Source: an archaeon
GTDB taxonomy: Archaea > Nanobdellota > Nanobdellia > Woesearchaeales > UBA9642
DNA length: 64,000 nt
Assembly (NCBI GenBank): GCA_043806035.1
Contig: JAZDHK010000005.1
Coordinates: forward strand, 2,136 to 66,135
Direction: 5' to 3'
Below, piece by piece: positions 1-15,000 of the stretch. Position 1 is the first letter of the stretch; every line of letters starts with the position of its first letter. Position numbers and translations under genes: made by a program. The notes under the pieces were generated by a model, which saw only the letters and a program-made list of their open reading frames with translations, did no database searches and was not told the origin of the DNA.

Positions 1-3000
1 CGTATGCAGGTATCCTGCGCTTATTGTCGTGTACGCTGCGGTGTCGTTGATGAGCGTTGGCAGTGTGAGATTTCCTCCATCCGTGCCATTGCCTAATTGG
101 CCATACGAATTGTCTCCCCAGCACAATACTCTGCTGTCGTTTGTTCGAATGGCGCACGTGTGTCTTTCTCCCGACGTGAGAGTGTCTGGCCTGACGAGCA
201 TGCCGGTAATGTTTGCTGCGCCATCAATGTACCAGGTGTAGTTGTAGACGAGCTTTTCCTCGAAAGGATCTGTGGCGTTGCAGTATCCGTACAAGGTGTC
301 GCTGTTGTTTGCGGATGGTGTTGGGATGATGCTTGCCGATATCATGGTTGGCTTGATGTACGTGAGTGTGTAATTCCCCTCGTCAGACCATTCCTCGTTG
401 CTGTCGGAATCATTGCCGAGGCAGTTCCACGTGTACGTGTCAGCATAGGGCAGGGTGAATGTCCAGTTCGTGCTGTTGATGATGCCACCCACGGCAGTGG
501 CGTTCGTAGTGATGAGGTCGTTTGTGCTGTTCCAAATGGAGAGCGTGAGCGCTGAGCTGTCCGTGTCATCCGTGATGTTGCACATGAATGCGTGTGTTGG
601 CTGCGTGGTGTTCGTCTGGTTTGCGGGACTGACGAGCTGCACTTTCAACGTTAAGTTCAGGATGCTGACTGAGCGCGTGCTCGTTGACAAATGTCCTGCC
701 GTGTCGATGGCGTACGCAGTGTACGTTTGGTTGCCATACTCGAGATTCGTGAAGTTATGATAGAGTGTGAATTCTGTGTTGTTGTACGAGGCGTTGATTT
801 CTTCCCAGGAGAGCTCGCGTGCGTAGATGCGCAGCTCATCCAGACTGCCGTTGAATCCACCTCCTCCAGACCAATACGAACCAAGCCTCAAGTTTGTCGT
901 CTGATTATATATCATGGCTCCTGGGAGAGTAGTGGTGGTGATGAGATTACCATCTCGGTATCCTTTCAGCGTTCCGCTGGCGTTGATGGTAAATGCAATG
1001 TGGCACCACGTCTGTGCAGGGCAAACACCTGCATTTGTGTAAGTTGCATCATTGCTACTGTTCTTGACACCAAATGCAGTCACGTTGGTGGCAGTTACGC
1101 CATAGATTAGCCAGGTCCAGCTGGAGGGTGAGTTCATAAGCATTATAGGATACGCCTGTTCAGCAGAGGCGTTCGGAGTGATATTCCAGTAGATCCAGAA
1201 CTCGAGCGTGAAGGGTACTGTGACATATGGTGTGTAATTGGCGATTGCGACATCGTATGTTACATTCGTTGCCTCACCGCCGTTGCTGAACCATAACGAG
1301 TTGCCAAACTTGCCAGCGGAGAAAGAGAATCCGCTTCCTGTTGAATTGGTGAGGTTTTTCTGCCCTGTTGAATTGTCGTAGACAGTGGTGTCGTTGACGG
1401 CGTCGAAGTTCCAGTACGCGCCTAACGTGTTGTTCCAGTCGAAGAACGCTGACGTGTTCGAGTAGTCGGTAATGGTGGTGTTGAGATACGCGTACGTTGC
1501 TGTCGTCAGTTCATTGTCTGGTGGTGTGGGATTCTCCCAGGTGATGACGGGTGGCAGGGTGTGGTTTACTGAGAAGGAAGTGTTTGCGGTGTTGCTGTTG
1601 TTGCTCGTGTCGTTTGCCCAGAGTGTTAGGTTGTATTGGCCGAGCTGCGTAAGATTAAGGAATGTGAGGGTGACGTTGCTCACTGCCGTGCTCGAGCTGA
1701 AGAGCAGGCTGCCGTCAGGATAGGTGATGTTGAACACGACATCACTAATTCCTGTGCCATCAGTCGCGGACCAGTTGATGTAAATGCTCTCGCTTCCCGC
1801 CTCAAGTATGCTGCTGTTCTTCTGGATGGCCAGCGTTGGGGCGACTTGGTCGAGTATGTGCGTGACGCTGCTGTTCAGCCACCTGCTCGTGAGCGTCGTG
1901 TTCGTGGCCATGCAGGATAACGTCCAATTCTCTCCCAGGCTCGTGAACGCATTGCCCAGAGTAGAAACGAGCAACTCTTGCGCTGAGGGCCAGCCTGGAT
2001 AGAAGCTTGCGGTGTTGTTGATGGGTGTGGGATTGTACATGCTGGTGGTGTTGCCATTGCCAAGCTGACCGTAGTCGTTGACGCCCCAGCACAGTACTTG
2101 TGAGTCGTTTGTCCTGATGCCACACGAACGATACGCTCTTGCGCTCACGCTCAGGTATGCTGCGCTGTCGTTGATGGGTGCGGGATTGGGATTGGTTCCT
2201 CCGCTGCTGCCATTGCCAAGCCGTCCATATCCGTTGCTTCCCCAGCACATGATTTGTGAGTCGTTCGCCCGGACGGCGCAGGTATGACCATATCCTGCGC
2301 TCACTGTCAGATATGCTGCGCTGTCGTTGATAAGTTGCGGGTTGAGAGCATTGCCTCCTGTGCTGCCGTTGCCGGTTGCACCGTCGCTATTGGCTCCCCA
2401 GCATTTGACGCTACCGTTGATGAGAATGCCGCAGGCATGATACTCTCCAGCGCTCACGCTCAGGTATGCTGCGCTGTCGTTGATAGGTGCTGGATTGTAA
2501 TGGTTTGTTTGCGTACCATCTCCTAACTGTCCGTTGCCGTTTCTTCCCCAGCATAACACTCGTGAGTCGTTTGTTCGTATGCCACACGTATACTCAATTG
2601 CTGCCGTTATGGTGATGTATGCTGCAGTATCATTGATGAGTGTTGGGTTGTACATGTTGGTGGTGTTGCCGTTGCCAAGCATGCCGTAGTTGTTCCTGCC
2701 CCAGCAGAGTGCTTTGCTGTCGTTTGCGCGTATGCCGCACGTGTGATAATTTCCTGCGCCAACTAGACTGTATGCTGTATCGTTGATGGGCCAGGGGTTC
2801 TTGTGCTGCGTGTCTGTGCCGTCTCCGAGCGCACCGTAAGGATTATATCCCCAGCACAGCACTTGAGAATCATTGGCACGAATGCCGCATGTGTGGGTGT
2901 AACCTGCACTTATTGCAGTATAGTTTGCACTGTCGTTGATGGGTATGGGATTGGGACTAGTTCCTCCATCACTACCGTTGCCGAGCATGCCCCACAAGTT

Positions 3001-6000
3001 GCTTCCCCAGCACAGCACTTGCGAATCATTCGCGCGTATGCCACACGTATGATACGTGCCAGCACTCAGTGTTCCTGCCTTGAACACCACACCATTCATG
3101 AAGGCCGTGCTGTCATTGTACCACGTGTAGTTGTACATGACCTTTCCACCAGTAGGATGCGTTGCGTTGCAATAACCAAGAAGGTTGTCCGTGTGGTTGG
3201 CGAACAATGCAGGACTGATGCGTACGCTGATGACAGTTATTGGCGTGTAGTTTATCGTGTAATTCCCTTCACTACTCCAGGCAGTGTTGTCAAAACTGTC
3301 ATTGCCCAAGCAATTCCACGTGAAAACGTCAGGATGGGGGAATGCGTACGACCAGCTCGTGCTGTTGCTCACTCCTGCCAGTGTTGTCACATTCGTCTGC
3401 AACGTTCCTGAACTGTTCCACACGTACACCGTCAATGCCTTCACTTGATAGTCGTCGGTGATGTTGCACGCGAGTGCATAACTGTCGTTGGTCGTGTTCG
3501 TCTGGTTGGCCGGGCTGACGAGATGCACGACAGGGGCAATGTCTTCCGTTATCAGTGTGCTGCTGCTGTTGAGCCAGGACGTCACTTGGCTGTTCTGGTC
3601 TGATGCGCTGCACGACAACGTCCAGTTCTCTCCCGTCTCGGTGAAGGCGCTTCCGATGACGCCGACGAGGACTTCCTTGCCCGCGGGGAAGCCGGGGAAG
3701 TAGCTGGAGGCGTCCGTGATGGTGGTTGGGTTAAGCTTTTGTGTGGTGTCGCCAATTCCAAGTTGTCCCCAATTATTATATCCCCAACAGAGTGCTTGAC
3801 CGTCGTTTGCTCGCACACCGCAACTGTAGTGTGCTCCTGCGGTGATGTACCTATACGTTGCGGTGTCGTTGATAAGGGCGGGATTAAGTCTGTCTGTTTG
3901 TGATCCGTCTCCTACTGCTCCGTTATCGTTTTTGCCCCAACAGAGTGCCATACTATCGTTGGCTCGAATGCCACAGGTGTGCTGCCAACCAGCATTCACA
4001 TCAGTATACGCACTCGTGTCATTGATGAGTGTGGGGTTGAGCCGTTGTGTTGTTGTCCCATCCCCCAGAGCGCCTTCCGTATTGTTTCCCCAGCAGAGGA
4101 CTCTGCTGTCATTGGCTCGAATGCCGCATGTATGCCGTCCAAAATCCCCTCCTCCGGTCGAGACCAGTCTGTACCCTGCCGTGTCGTTGATGGGTGTGGG
4201 GTTTTCTCTTTGTGTTTGTGTTCCGTCTCCTAATTGACCATTAGTATTATGACCCCAGCAGAGTACTCTGCTGTCGTTGGCTCGGATGCCGCACGAGTGG
4301 ATGTATCCTGCGCTTACTGACATATACGCGCCGCTGTCGTTGATGAGTGTTGGATTTGTTTTTGGTGTGTCCGTCGTTCCGTCTCCCGCTTGACCGACAT
4401 TGTTTTGGCCCCAGCAGAGCACGCGAGAATCGTTTCGTATAGCACAGGTGTGCACGCGCCCACCATAGATGCTTATGTAGGGAGTAGTATCGTTGATGGG
4501 TGTGGGCGTCCACATGTTGGTGGTGTTGCCATTGCCTAATTGGCCATTATCATTGTCTCCCCAGCAGAGTACTCTGCTGTCGTTAGCTCGAATGCCACAC
4601 GTATGATAATCACCAGAGCTAATAGTGCTGTATGCGCTGTCGTCTGCTGTCAGTGTCGGATTGAGCTTGTCATTTGGAGCATCGCCATCACCTATTTGAC
4701 CATTTGCATTGTCTCCCCAGCATAATACTCTGCTATCGTTCGCTCGAATACCACAGGTGTGCATACGTCCTGCGCTTATTGTTTCTGCCTTGAACAACGC
4801 GTTCTGGTAGATGATGGTGTTGTTGTACCAGGTGTAGTTGTACAGGACTTTGAGGTTTGCCGTGTGGCTTGCGTTGCAGTAGCCGAACAAGTTCAGGAGC
4901 GTGTCTGCCGTCGGCGTGGGATTGATTCTGCTGCCGTTCATTTCCGGATAGCTGATGCAGTCGTTGTTGCTGCAGAAATAGCCTTCGTCGCATTGGCTGT
5001 CATTGAAGCAGTCATGCCACGTTCCTTCAAGGCAGTAGTCGAGGTTGCTGTTCTCATCGACATCGAGGGGAATGGTATCATTCTCGTAGCAGCTCCTGTC
5101 AAAGACGCAACTATTCGTGATGTTGCAGCACGCGCTTGTAGTATTTGTGAATCCGGGAAGCCCTGAGGAAGAGGCTTGCGCGTAGAATTCTGTGCTGTCA
5201 TCGCCGCAGCAGTTGCTGTTGTACGTGCCATCACTCTGGCTCATGATGTCCCAGCTGAAGGAGGTGCTGTTGAGGATGTAGCAGCTCGCTCCGTTGCAAG
5301 CCGTGCTTCCTACTGTTTCGTCGCACGTGCATTGGCTGGCATCATCTGTTGAGAGGCTCGCGCCAGGATACGCTGACGTCAAGTACGGGCAGTAGATGAC
5401 CCTGCCCACCACTGGGCTGTCGCTATAATCAAGGATTTGTGCAGCGATAGTGTTCTCGTTCGTCGTTCCCCACCAGTTGCTCGTCGCATTCTGGTCTTTT
5501 GTTGTTCCCGACATTATCCAATCGTACGTCCCTCCGAAGACGTTGTTGTTTAGGAACGTGAGATTCTGGTCGTTTGTCGAGCTCAATGGGTAGACGATGT
5601 TGAACGTGTTGTTCGTGATGTTGCTCTGCACGACGTAGCTCATGTAATTCTCGTCAGCCAGCTTGAGCACGATGCCGTTGTAGTTGTAACGTATTCTGCT
5701 ATTGTTGATGGTGATGCCAATCACGTAACCTGTGCTGTCATCGTAATAGACGCCCGTGCCGCTGTTGTTCTCTATCGTGATGTTGTTGAATGTGTAGTCT
5801 TGCGAGGGAACTCCTTCGAGATAGACGCCATATTCTGAGCTGTTGGTTATCGTGACGTGTTGGACAGTTAATGCGCCAACATCTCCATCGAACGAAAGCC
5901 CTCTCGTCTGGTTTGTCGTCCCTCCCTTGAATGTGCCTCCGCTGATCGTTGTGCCAAAATCGTGAACGATGACGCTCCTGTTGAAGCCGTACACGTTGCA

Positions 6001-9000
6001 GTTGGTGAGGGAAGAGGCACCGTCTGCGAGTATGCCTGTGCCCGTTCCTTGATCGCCGCCGTAGATCCAGTAGTTGTTGCAGTCGACGGCCGCCCCGCTA
6101 GTGACAGTGATGCCTCCTGCAGGACAGCCCAGTCCCGTATCATTGGAAAGGTTGCCCGTGAAGTTCGTGTCTGTCGTTATCGTGTCTCCGCAGCCCACGA
6201 TGCTCAAGTTAATCCTGCCCGTTCCAATTTGGCTCTGCGTCAAGTTCCAGGTTTTGTTGTGCGTCGTTGCATATCCTGCCCGCGAGGCGATGAAGCTGTA
6301 ATTGGTGAAGTACGTCACGTTATCAGGATACACTTGCGTGCTGTTCTGGCTGTACTCGTAGAAGCTTTGCCCGGTGATGAGTCCTGAGGCGTCGGTCGTC
6401 GTGTTCATGAACAACGCGTATGAGTTGTCATAGGCGAGAACGGTCGCCCCGCTCACTGCAGTTCCCGAGAGTTTTCCCACAAAAAGATCGGCAAACCACT
6501 TTACATACAGTTTCGTCGCTCCCGCAGATGAGAACGTGATGTTTGATGTGTTATAGCCAATGGGGTTGATGAGGGTGAGGTTGTAATTTCCCGAGCCGGT
6601 GAGGTACAGCATGCGTGATGCGTTGCAGTCCGTGAAGCTGAAGTTCGTGAACGTATTGTTAGTTGCCGCGCTTGAATAGATGCATGTTCCTGCAACGTTG
6701 TTCGTGATGATTCCAGTCATGTCGTCGAATGTGTTATGCTGTCTACTTGGAATAAACGCCAAGATAGTGCTATTCACTCCGGCAAGCGTGTTGTTCCTGA
6801 AAGTGTTACTGTTGCTTGCGACTTCCAAGAGATGGGTTGTTTGGTTGAGGTCAGTGCTAATGTAGTTGTTCTGGATTGTTGCTGAGCCGCCAGTCACATC
6901 AATGCCGTACATCGTTCCCGTGTAGGATTCTGTCGTCATGCTGATGTTATTGCCAGTAAGGTTTGCGCTGCCTCCCAAAAGATGGATTCCTGATTTGATG
7001 TAACTCAGGTTGCACCGTGCAAGTATGGCGTTCGCTGCGCTTATCTCGAGACCTTTGCTGCCGGTAGTGTCAGAATAGCCCGCGCGTGAAATGAGGCTAT
7101 CTTGGACATTGAACGTTGCCCCACTTTGCACGACGAAAGCATAGTCTGCAGTGCTCGTCTCTCCATTCGTGATGTTGCTGCTGTTGCTCACATTGAATGT
7201 GCCGCTTCCCTGCACAGTAATGCCATACGTGCCGTCGCTGCTGCCATTCATTCTCAGTGTTTCCCTATTGAGGATGTACGTGCCATTAATAGTGAGGTTG
7301 CCATTCTGCCAAATCGTGCTTCCTCCATTCACTGTTTTGAACGTTCCACCATTCCTTACTCGGGTGTTGCCGTTCACGATGAGGGTAACATTGCTCAAGT
7401 TGAGATAACCGGTGCTGCCGATGTCCAGGCTGCCGTTGATGATGAGAGCTTGGTCTGAAAAGCTGCACGTTGACAGGACGTTGAACCCGTAGCTCAAGGG
7501 CGTGCAATTGACTGAATCATTGGCAAGGTACGTGATGTTGACCGCATACAGTTCTGGCTGGCTTGAGCTTGTGATTTCCCTGCCGAAGAATGCTTTGTAT
7601 TGGAAGTAGCGCGAGGTGCTGGCATTCAATTCCTGGCCAGTAAGATCGGTGTAGTAGGTGCTGTTTGAGCCGCTCGGTCCGGTGAAGTTCTCCCCGTTGC
7701 ATGCCGCATCGTCGCAATTTCTCGCTTGGAATGTGATGTTTCCCACATCGTTTGTTGCTGCGCTGAGCGTGTACCACACGCTGGCATTGCTGCCGATGTC
7801 AAAGACTTGCGAGGAATAATTCCCAAAACGGGTGTGACTTTGATTGGTGTAGAGCTGGCTGATAACACTTGAGCTGTACGCTGCATCGTAGATAGCAATT
7901 TCATCGTAATAGCCAGCAGCATCATTTACGAGACTCATGTTTGCGCCGATGCTGATGTTGACGCTGAGTGTCCCTATGTCTGCTCCCGGGAAGAGGTCTC
8001 CACTGCTATTGACGAGCTTAGAGCCATCACGATACAGGGTTATTTCTCCATCGCTCAGGCTCTTGTTCCACACGACAGCGTACATGTGCCAGCCCGAACT
8101 TGCTATGCCACTGTTTGCAGTAATAGTCTGTACAGTTTTGAAGTGCCTGAGGGTGACGTTTGCAGCATACATTATGCTCGGATTTATGTCGGACAAGGTC
8201 AGGTGATAGATCGAGCTACCATATATTTGTAAGAGGGTGAATGCTCCCGTGCCACTGTAACTTTTTCTGAACCAGAACGTCACCGTCCCATAGTCCATAT
8301 TCTTGCTGTCAGGATATCTCAACTCACACAGGTTGCTGCAGCCGAGGAAAGCTGTTCCGTTCATGGACTCATAGGTGAGGCTTGCTGAAAAGCCGTCATA
8401 ATTGGCGACTTCTCCCGAGTTGGCTCTAAAATCGTCGCCAGGTCCGTAGTCGAAGTATTGCAAGAACGTCGTCTGGCCATTGTTGATTGCCGCCTGCCTC
8501 GTATCGTCGATGGTGATGTTGGCAATGCCGTTAAGTGTTGTCCCTTGGCTGAAATTTCCGAGGCTGAACCCCGAAACTGTTTTGTTCGTCGACCAGTTGC
8601 TCTGGCTCGCATTGTTCGTTGCATAGCAGCCCAGTGATAATGCCTTGTCCATCAGCAGGCCTACGGGATTGATGTTGTTGCTGAAATCTGCCGTAGTATT
8701 GGCACTGAAGCCACTAACGCTTTGGTAGCTCACATTCTGCCACCCAACGGTGCCCGCATACAAGGTTATGTCATTGACCGTGCTGTACGCCGTTGCTGCC
8801 GTGCACGAGAACGGGCTTGCCGCATCTCCCGTGAATTTGACGTTCGTGCTTGCATCCGCGGGACTGTCAAGGCTCACGACGATGTTCGGTGATGCATTGA
8901 GAGTAAAGTTGTACGTTCCCGTCGCATTCTGCAGTTGCGAGTCGTTCGCGGTCGCCATCCAATAATACGCGCCATTTCGCATCGTGTACAAGTAGTAGAC

Positions 9001-12000
9001 TTCTTCCGCAGAAAGGTTTCTGTCCCAGACGGCGACGTCATCGATGGAGCCGCTCATGAATTCGCTGCCATCGAGACACTCACCAATGGTCAGGTTATTC
9101 GTTGCGGCAATGAGCAGAGGCACGCCTTCAAACTCGCCACTATCACAACGCAGGCCGTTGACGTAGATTTCATAGCCACCATCATGGACCACATAAACTA
9201 TCTGGACCCACGTTCCGACATCAGCACTTCTGCTGCAGGCAGCAGTTTCTTTCAGCCAATCACTCCCATTACCTATGCTGCCCTGAATGCTGCTTTTCAT
9301 TATTTTGAAGTTGAAAAGCTCGTCAGTGGCTCCAATGCGCGTACTCAGGACACAGTTATTGTCTCCGTCATTGTCGACGTTCACCCACGCGGCAACGGTA
9401 TAATTGCTCAACGCGAGAGAAGAGGAATACGGCACTTCCACATATTCTTCTCCGCTGAAGTTGTACGCTCCACCAAACTTCCCTCCAGTAATGTCCATAA
9501 CGGGGCAGGAATCACAGGTCGCATTATTATCATTGCCCGAATAGTCACGTGCAAACGTATCATTTTCTCCATACTCTGAGAGGTTATCGAAGTGCACCAG
9601 CAACACAGTGTTGTCGTCTGCAGCAATAGGCGCGGACGTCCAGGGATAAATGGACGTGGTGTTAGTAATACTCAGGTTATACCTGAGAACGCTGGTGTCG
9701 AGCTGGGAAGCGTTCATGCTGCCGAAGAAACGCACGGTCGAGGGAAGCGTGCCATTCACGCTGATGTTCAAGTTCACTGAGGAAACCGTGGCATCATTCG
9801 CTGGGCTGTTCACGGTGATGTACGGAGGAATTCTGTACCCGTAGTAGTGGTAGCCGATGTCGAGAGGAGAGAGATCTCCCGACATGCCGTCGGGGTTCGT
9901 GCCGTAACCTGAAGAAGCAAGCGGAGATCCGCCGTAATAGCTGCCTGCATTGATGATAGGAGAGGACTGGTTCAAGTAATGACTGTTGCCGTTCGCAGCA
10001 ACAAGCGGATTGTCCGTGAGGTTGATCTCGTTGCTGTACGTCTGGTTCGTGCAATTGTCTTCTGTCTGGTTGTAGTATCTGCACGCAACGTTATAGTGTG
10101 CGTTGTAATCATGGACGTATGTGTCGAGCACCTCTGAGTCGTTGAAGCTTATCGAGGTGTTCGTGTTCAGGAAAAGATTATTCGTTATGCTGTTTTGGGG
10201 ATAGTTTGCTGATCCTATTTCTTCTATCGCAACGCCGAGTATGCCATCAAACGTGTTTGAAGCTACAATGAACGCTTCATAGTTAATCTGTTTTCCTTTC
10301 AGGCCGTCCGTGCAGTTGATGATGAGATTTTTTTTGAATTCAGTGATTGTATTGAAGTTGATGTAGCCATCGTTCTCTTTGAAGATGTTGTCGTATATGA
10401 TCATGCCTGCTGTTGGACCGTCCAAATATGGCCTACCGGAAGCGTAACTGACCTGCATCCACTCAAAATGATACGTTGTGGTGCTGTTGATGCTTCCCCA
10501 GTCACCTTTGCTTGGCGTTGCATTGCTTCCTGAAATATTCGCCCCCACTGTATTGTCGTTGATGGAGGTGAAGTACGTCAGTGTGCTGCTCGAATAGGTG
10601 TAATTGAGATTTGCCACGTTGATGCTGCCGTTCCCTGCTGGCGTGCTTGCTGACTTCACGATGCTTCCTGCCAGCAGTGTCCAGTTGCTAACGTATAACG
10701 TGCAGCCTGTGCAGAGGAACAGCGTGTCATTCCTTCCATAATAGACGAGGTTACTGGGCATGATTCTGTTGTAGGTGGTCAGATTGATTTGGAAAGGATA
10801 TGCTGGCGTTGTCTGGTATGCAGAGCTGTTGATGTATGTGAAATTCTGTGCGGCAATGGTCATTCCTGTCGCAAGATTCCAACCCACATTCTCAATGGAT
10901 GTGTTGATGATGCTCAAGCGCGCTGTCTGGTCTGCGCTGATCTCGTACTTTGCCTCTGCAACATCTCCATTCGTGATGTTGCTCAGGTTGGTGCTGAGAT
11001 TTCCCGCATCCTGCACGATGATATTTGCACTGCCGTTCTCTGTCCCGTTCATGCGTATGGTCTCATTGTCCCAGATGACCGTGCCATTGATAGTGAGGTT
11101 GTCGTTGAACCAGAGCGTGCTTCCACCGTCTCGTGAGATGAAGATTGCACCATTTGCCACGCTGGTTGTCCCATTGACGCGCAGTGTGCTGTTCTGCAAG
11201 GTGAGATTGCCTGTTATGTTCAATACGTTAACCGTGAGGTTGGTGTTCGTGAGGTTGAGTGCCGCGTCCGAGGAAATGGTGAGCGCGTCCACTGCCAAAT
11301 TGCTGTCTGCGCAGTTCGTGGCTTGGCTGAGCGTCTCATTTCCTGATGGCGAAGTGCATGCTGTAGTCGACGATTGCCTGGCATCCTTCACCGTGCTGCC
11401 ATTCTGGTCTATAGCCCATGCTGTGTAGTTGTACGTTCTGGATGCTATGCCTAACGTAACGTCCGTGAAGTTGTTCTTTAACTGGTAGAGTCCGCTGTTG
11501 TACGAGGCGTTGATCTCCTGCCATGACAATGTCCTATTCCAGATCTTCAGTTCATCAATGCTGCCGTTGAACCCGCAACAGTATGACCCGCTGCCGATGG
11601 TCACCCAATTTGGGTTTGTTCGGGACAGGCTGCAGTTGCCGTTCGCCAATGAATCGTTGAGTTGGCCGTTGACGTACACTCGCATGGATGTGCTGTTGTA
11701 CGTGCCGCAGCCGTAATACCACGTATCTGCCAGAAGAATAGAGTCACTCAGTCCTACGCTGTATTCCGTGCCAGCTCTTTTGCAGCCGAAGATGAGACTA
11801 TTACTTTCTTGCCAGATGAGCTGGGTGAAGTTGTCATTGTCCCCGTGCCTGTCTCTCAACAGCACTTGTGTCGTGCCGAGACCATCGTCGGCTCGCTTGA
11901 ACCAAAGGCAAATAGTCATTTCAGTGTAGTCCTCGAGCAGGTTCTCGTTTGACGAGACGTTCAGATAGGACGCGTTTCCTCCAGTGAAGGTTACGCCCTG

Positions 12001-15000
12001 GCCGAATTTTCCTTCTCCTATCGGCGAAGGGGTCATGTTGGTGAACGTGGCATTGTATCCATATGTTGAGTTGTCGAACACATGCGTGTCGTTGTAGTAT
12101 TCGAACGAATAATAGGCGACGAGACTTCTGTTCCAGTCGAAGAACGCTGACGTGTTCAGCAAGGAGGTGATGGTTGCATTCAGGTATGCCCACGCGGTCG
12201 TTATGTTCTCTCCCACTTCTGGTGTCGGGTCTTCCCAAGTGATGTTTGGCAAGGCATAGTATGCTATGCTATAATTTTGGCCCCAGTTGCTGTTCCCTAC
12301 AGAGTCATTCCCTTCGCAATTCCAGGTGAAGCTGCCTTCGTACGGGAGGGTGACTGTCCAGTTCGTGCTGTTGCTCGTCCCCCCTACGCTGACGGTTGTG
12401 CGGCTGATGTTCCACCACATACCTTCCTCCCAGATTCTGGCGCTTGAAAGATAGGATCTTAATGTCTGCCAGTCGGTAGAGTTCCAGCATTGCCAATACG
12501 TATCTGTATTGTGCTGATCTGATTCAGCACGCAATTGCAGAGAAGTTTGGTCCCAGCACAATTGCGGTAGAGAGAGATTCATTGTGGCTTCATTATCCTT
12601 CACCTGCCAAAGACTGGTGGATTGTGCCCTGGCTGGCTTTGAGTAATTTACGTACATGTAGCCGGGCTCCTCCTCGTCAGGTAGGTAAGTTCCATACGAT
12701 TCGTAATTTCCATCGTTTAGATTACCTCCGTCCGTCCACATTCCTGTGAGTGCATATGCTCCCGTAGCCAAGCCGCCGCAACTCGTAAGGGTGTTCGCGC
12801 TTTCCTGGTAACACCATTCAGATATGTCCGCTGCGACATTATCTCCCGTGCTGTTCCACACGTACAATGTCACGTTGGCTATTCCTGCATTGTCCGTGAT
12901 GTTGCACGTGAACGTGTTGTCTGCGGTGATTGTGCGGGTCTGGTTGGCTGGACTCACGAGAGTTACTGTTGGAGGGGCACCGTCTATGGTGATCGTTTGC
13001 GTGCTCTTCGTCATGTTGCCGTTCTCATCGGTGGCCCATGCCGTGTAGCTGTACGTGCCGTTGTCAAGCTGAGTGAAGTTGTTCTCCAGCCTGAAGAGGC
13101 CATTGTTGTACGAGGCGTTGATTTCCTGCCAGGAAAGCACCCGTTGATGGATGCGTGCTTCGTCGACAATTCCTTTAAAGGGGTAGCCGCTGCTGCCAAT
13201 TTTTACTGATGAATTTGAAGGGTACAGGTCTGTCATTCCTGCTGTTGCTGTCTGCTTGTCGCCATTGATGTAGACACTGACGTTGTAGCTCTCATTGAGG
13301 GTGAACACGTAATGATACCACGTCCCTACCGTTGCAGAGGCATCTGATATGACGCCACTCATTGTACTTGTTGAATTCCTGAAAGCAACGTTGGTTTTAT
13401 TGTCTGAAGCTAGGCCGTAGATGAGCCAAGAATACCAGGGGGTTTCCGAATGCCACTTGCCAAAGATGTAACTCGCGGTGCCCGTCTCGTTCGGCAGTAC
13501 GTCGTATTTGAACCATATCTCTACAGTGAGCGGTGCAGTTATGAATGTGCCGTTCGCGCCGGCTGCGGACAATGTGGCGCCGGTGCTGAAGTTGAGTCCT
13601 TTGCCATATCGTCCTGTGCTGATGTTGCTCGTGGAGAGTCCTGCTCCAAATGTTGCAAAATAATTGTTGCTCGAATTATCAAGTATGCCTGACGTGTTGT
13701 AGTACTCGAAATTCCAGTACGCGCCTAACGTGTTGTTCCAGTCGAAGAATGCGGACGTGTTCAGGCTGGCGTTCACCGTTGCGTTCAAGTATGCCCAGTC
13801 ATTGGTTGTGGTTGCTCCATTTTCTGGCGTTGGATACTCCCACGTGATGTTTGGCGGATTATACGGTGGGCCTATGGTTGTTGCCGAGCTGTTCAGCCAG
13901 GTGCTGTTAGAGAAGCCATCCTGTGCCTGGCAGGAAAGGATCCAACTATCACCATTCGTTGTGTGGCGGTTGTGCTGCATGCTTACGAACACTTCCTGTC
14001 CTGACGGGAAGCCAGGCATGTAGCTTGACGTGCTATTGACATAGACCGGACTATTACGCTGTGTGTTCGTGCCATCGCCAAGTTCATAGTAGTAGTTTCC
14101 TCCCCAGCATTTCGCCGTGCCGTTCAGCAACACGCCGCAAGTAGAGAATGAGTTAAATGCTGCACTATTATCCCCGCCAGCGTCTACAATCACATATGAT
14201 GCCGTGTCATCAATGAGCACTGGGGAATCCCGCTCTGTAGCGTCACCATGACCTCCTTCACCCACATAGTCAATTCCCCAGCATAATACTCTGCTGTCGT
14301 TTGCTCGAATACCGCAAGCATCAGTTATGCTTACTGTTATCCATGAATAAGCAGCAGTGTCAGTCGTCTGTTTCGGATTAGGTTCATTGCCGGTAGCCGA
14401 TCCAATACCCACTTGTCCCATGCTGTTATCTCCCCAGCAGAGCACTCTCGAGTCGTTTGCTCGAATGCCACACGTCACGCCAATCCCGTTACTAAAACTT
14501 TCAATAGTTATCATGGAGTACGCACTCGTATCATTAATGAGTGTTGGATTGTTTTTTTGTGTTGTGCTGCCATCGCCAAGTTGGCCATTACCATTCAATC
14601 CCCAACATAATACTCTGCTGTCGTTTGCTCTGATGCCACACGTGCTGTCTCCACCGACAGAGATGCTCGAGAATGAAGACGTAGTGTTGATGAGTGTCGG
14701 ATTAATTCTATCTGTATCCTCAGTGCCGTCTCCCAATTGTCCGTAGGTGTTGCTTCCCCAGCAGAGCACTCGTGAATCGTTGGCTCGGATGCCGCACGTC
14801 GTGCCCCATGTGTTTGGAGCACTAGGCCATCCGCCCACACCAACTTGTGTATACGCTGCCGTGTCATTAATGAGCGTTGGATTGAGCTTGTCTGTTGTCG
14901 TGCCATCACCTAACTGTCCACGTTGATTGTCTCCCCAGCATAATACTCTGCTGTCGTTTGCTCGTATGGCGCAGGTGTGTACGTTGCTTGCCGAGACCAT

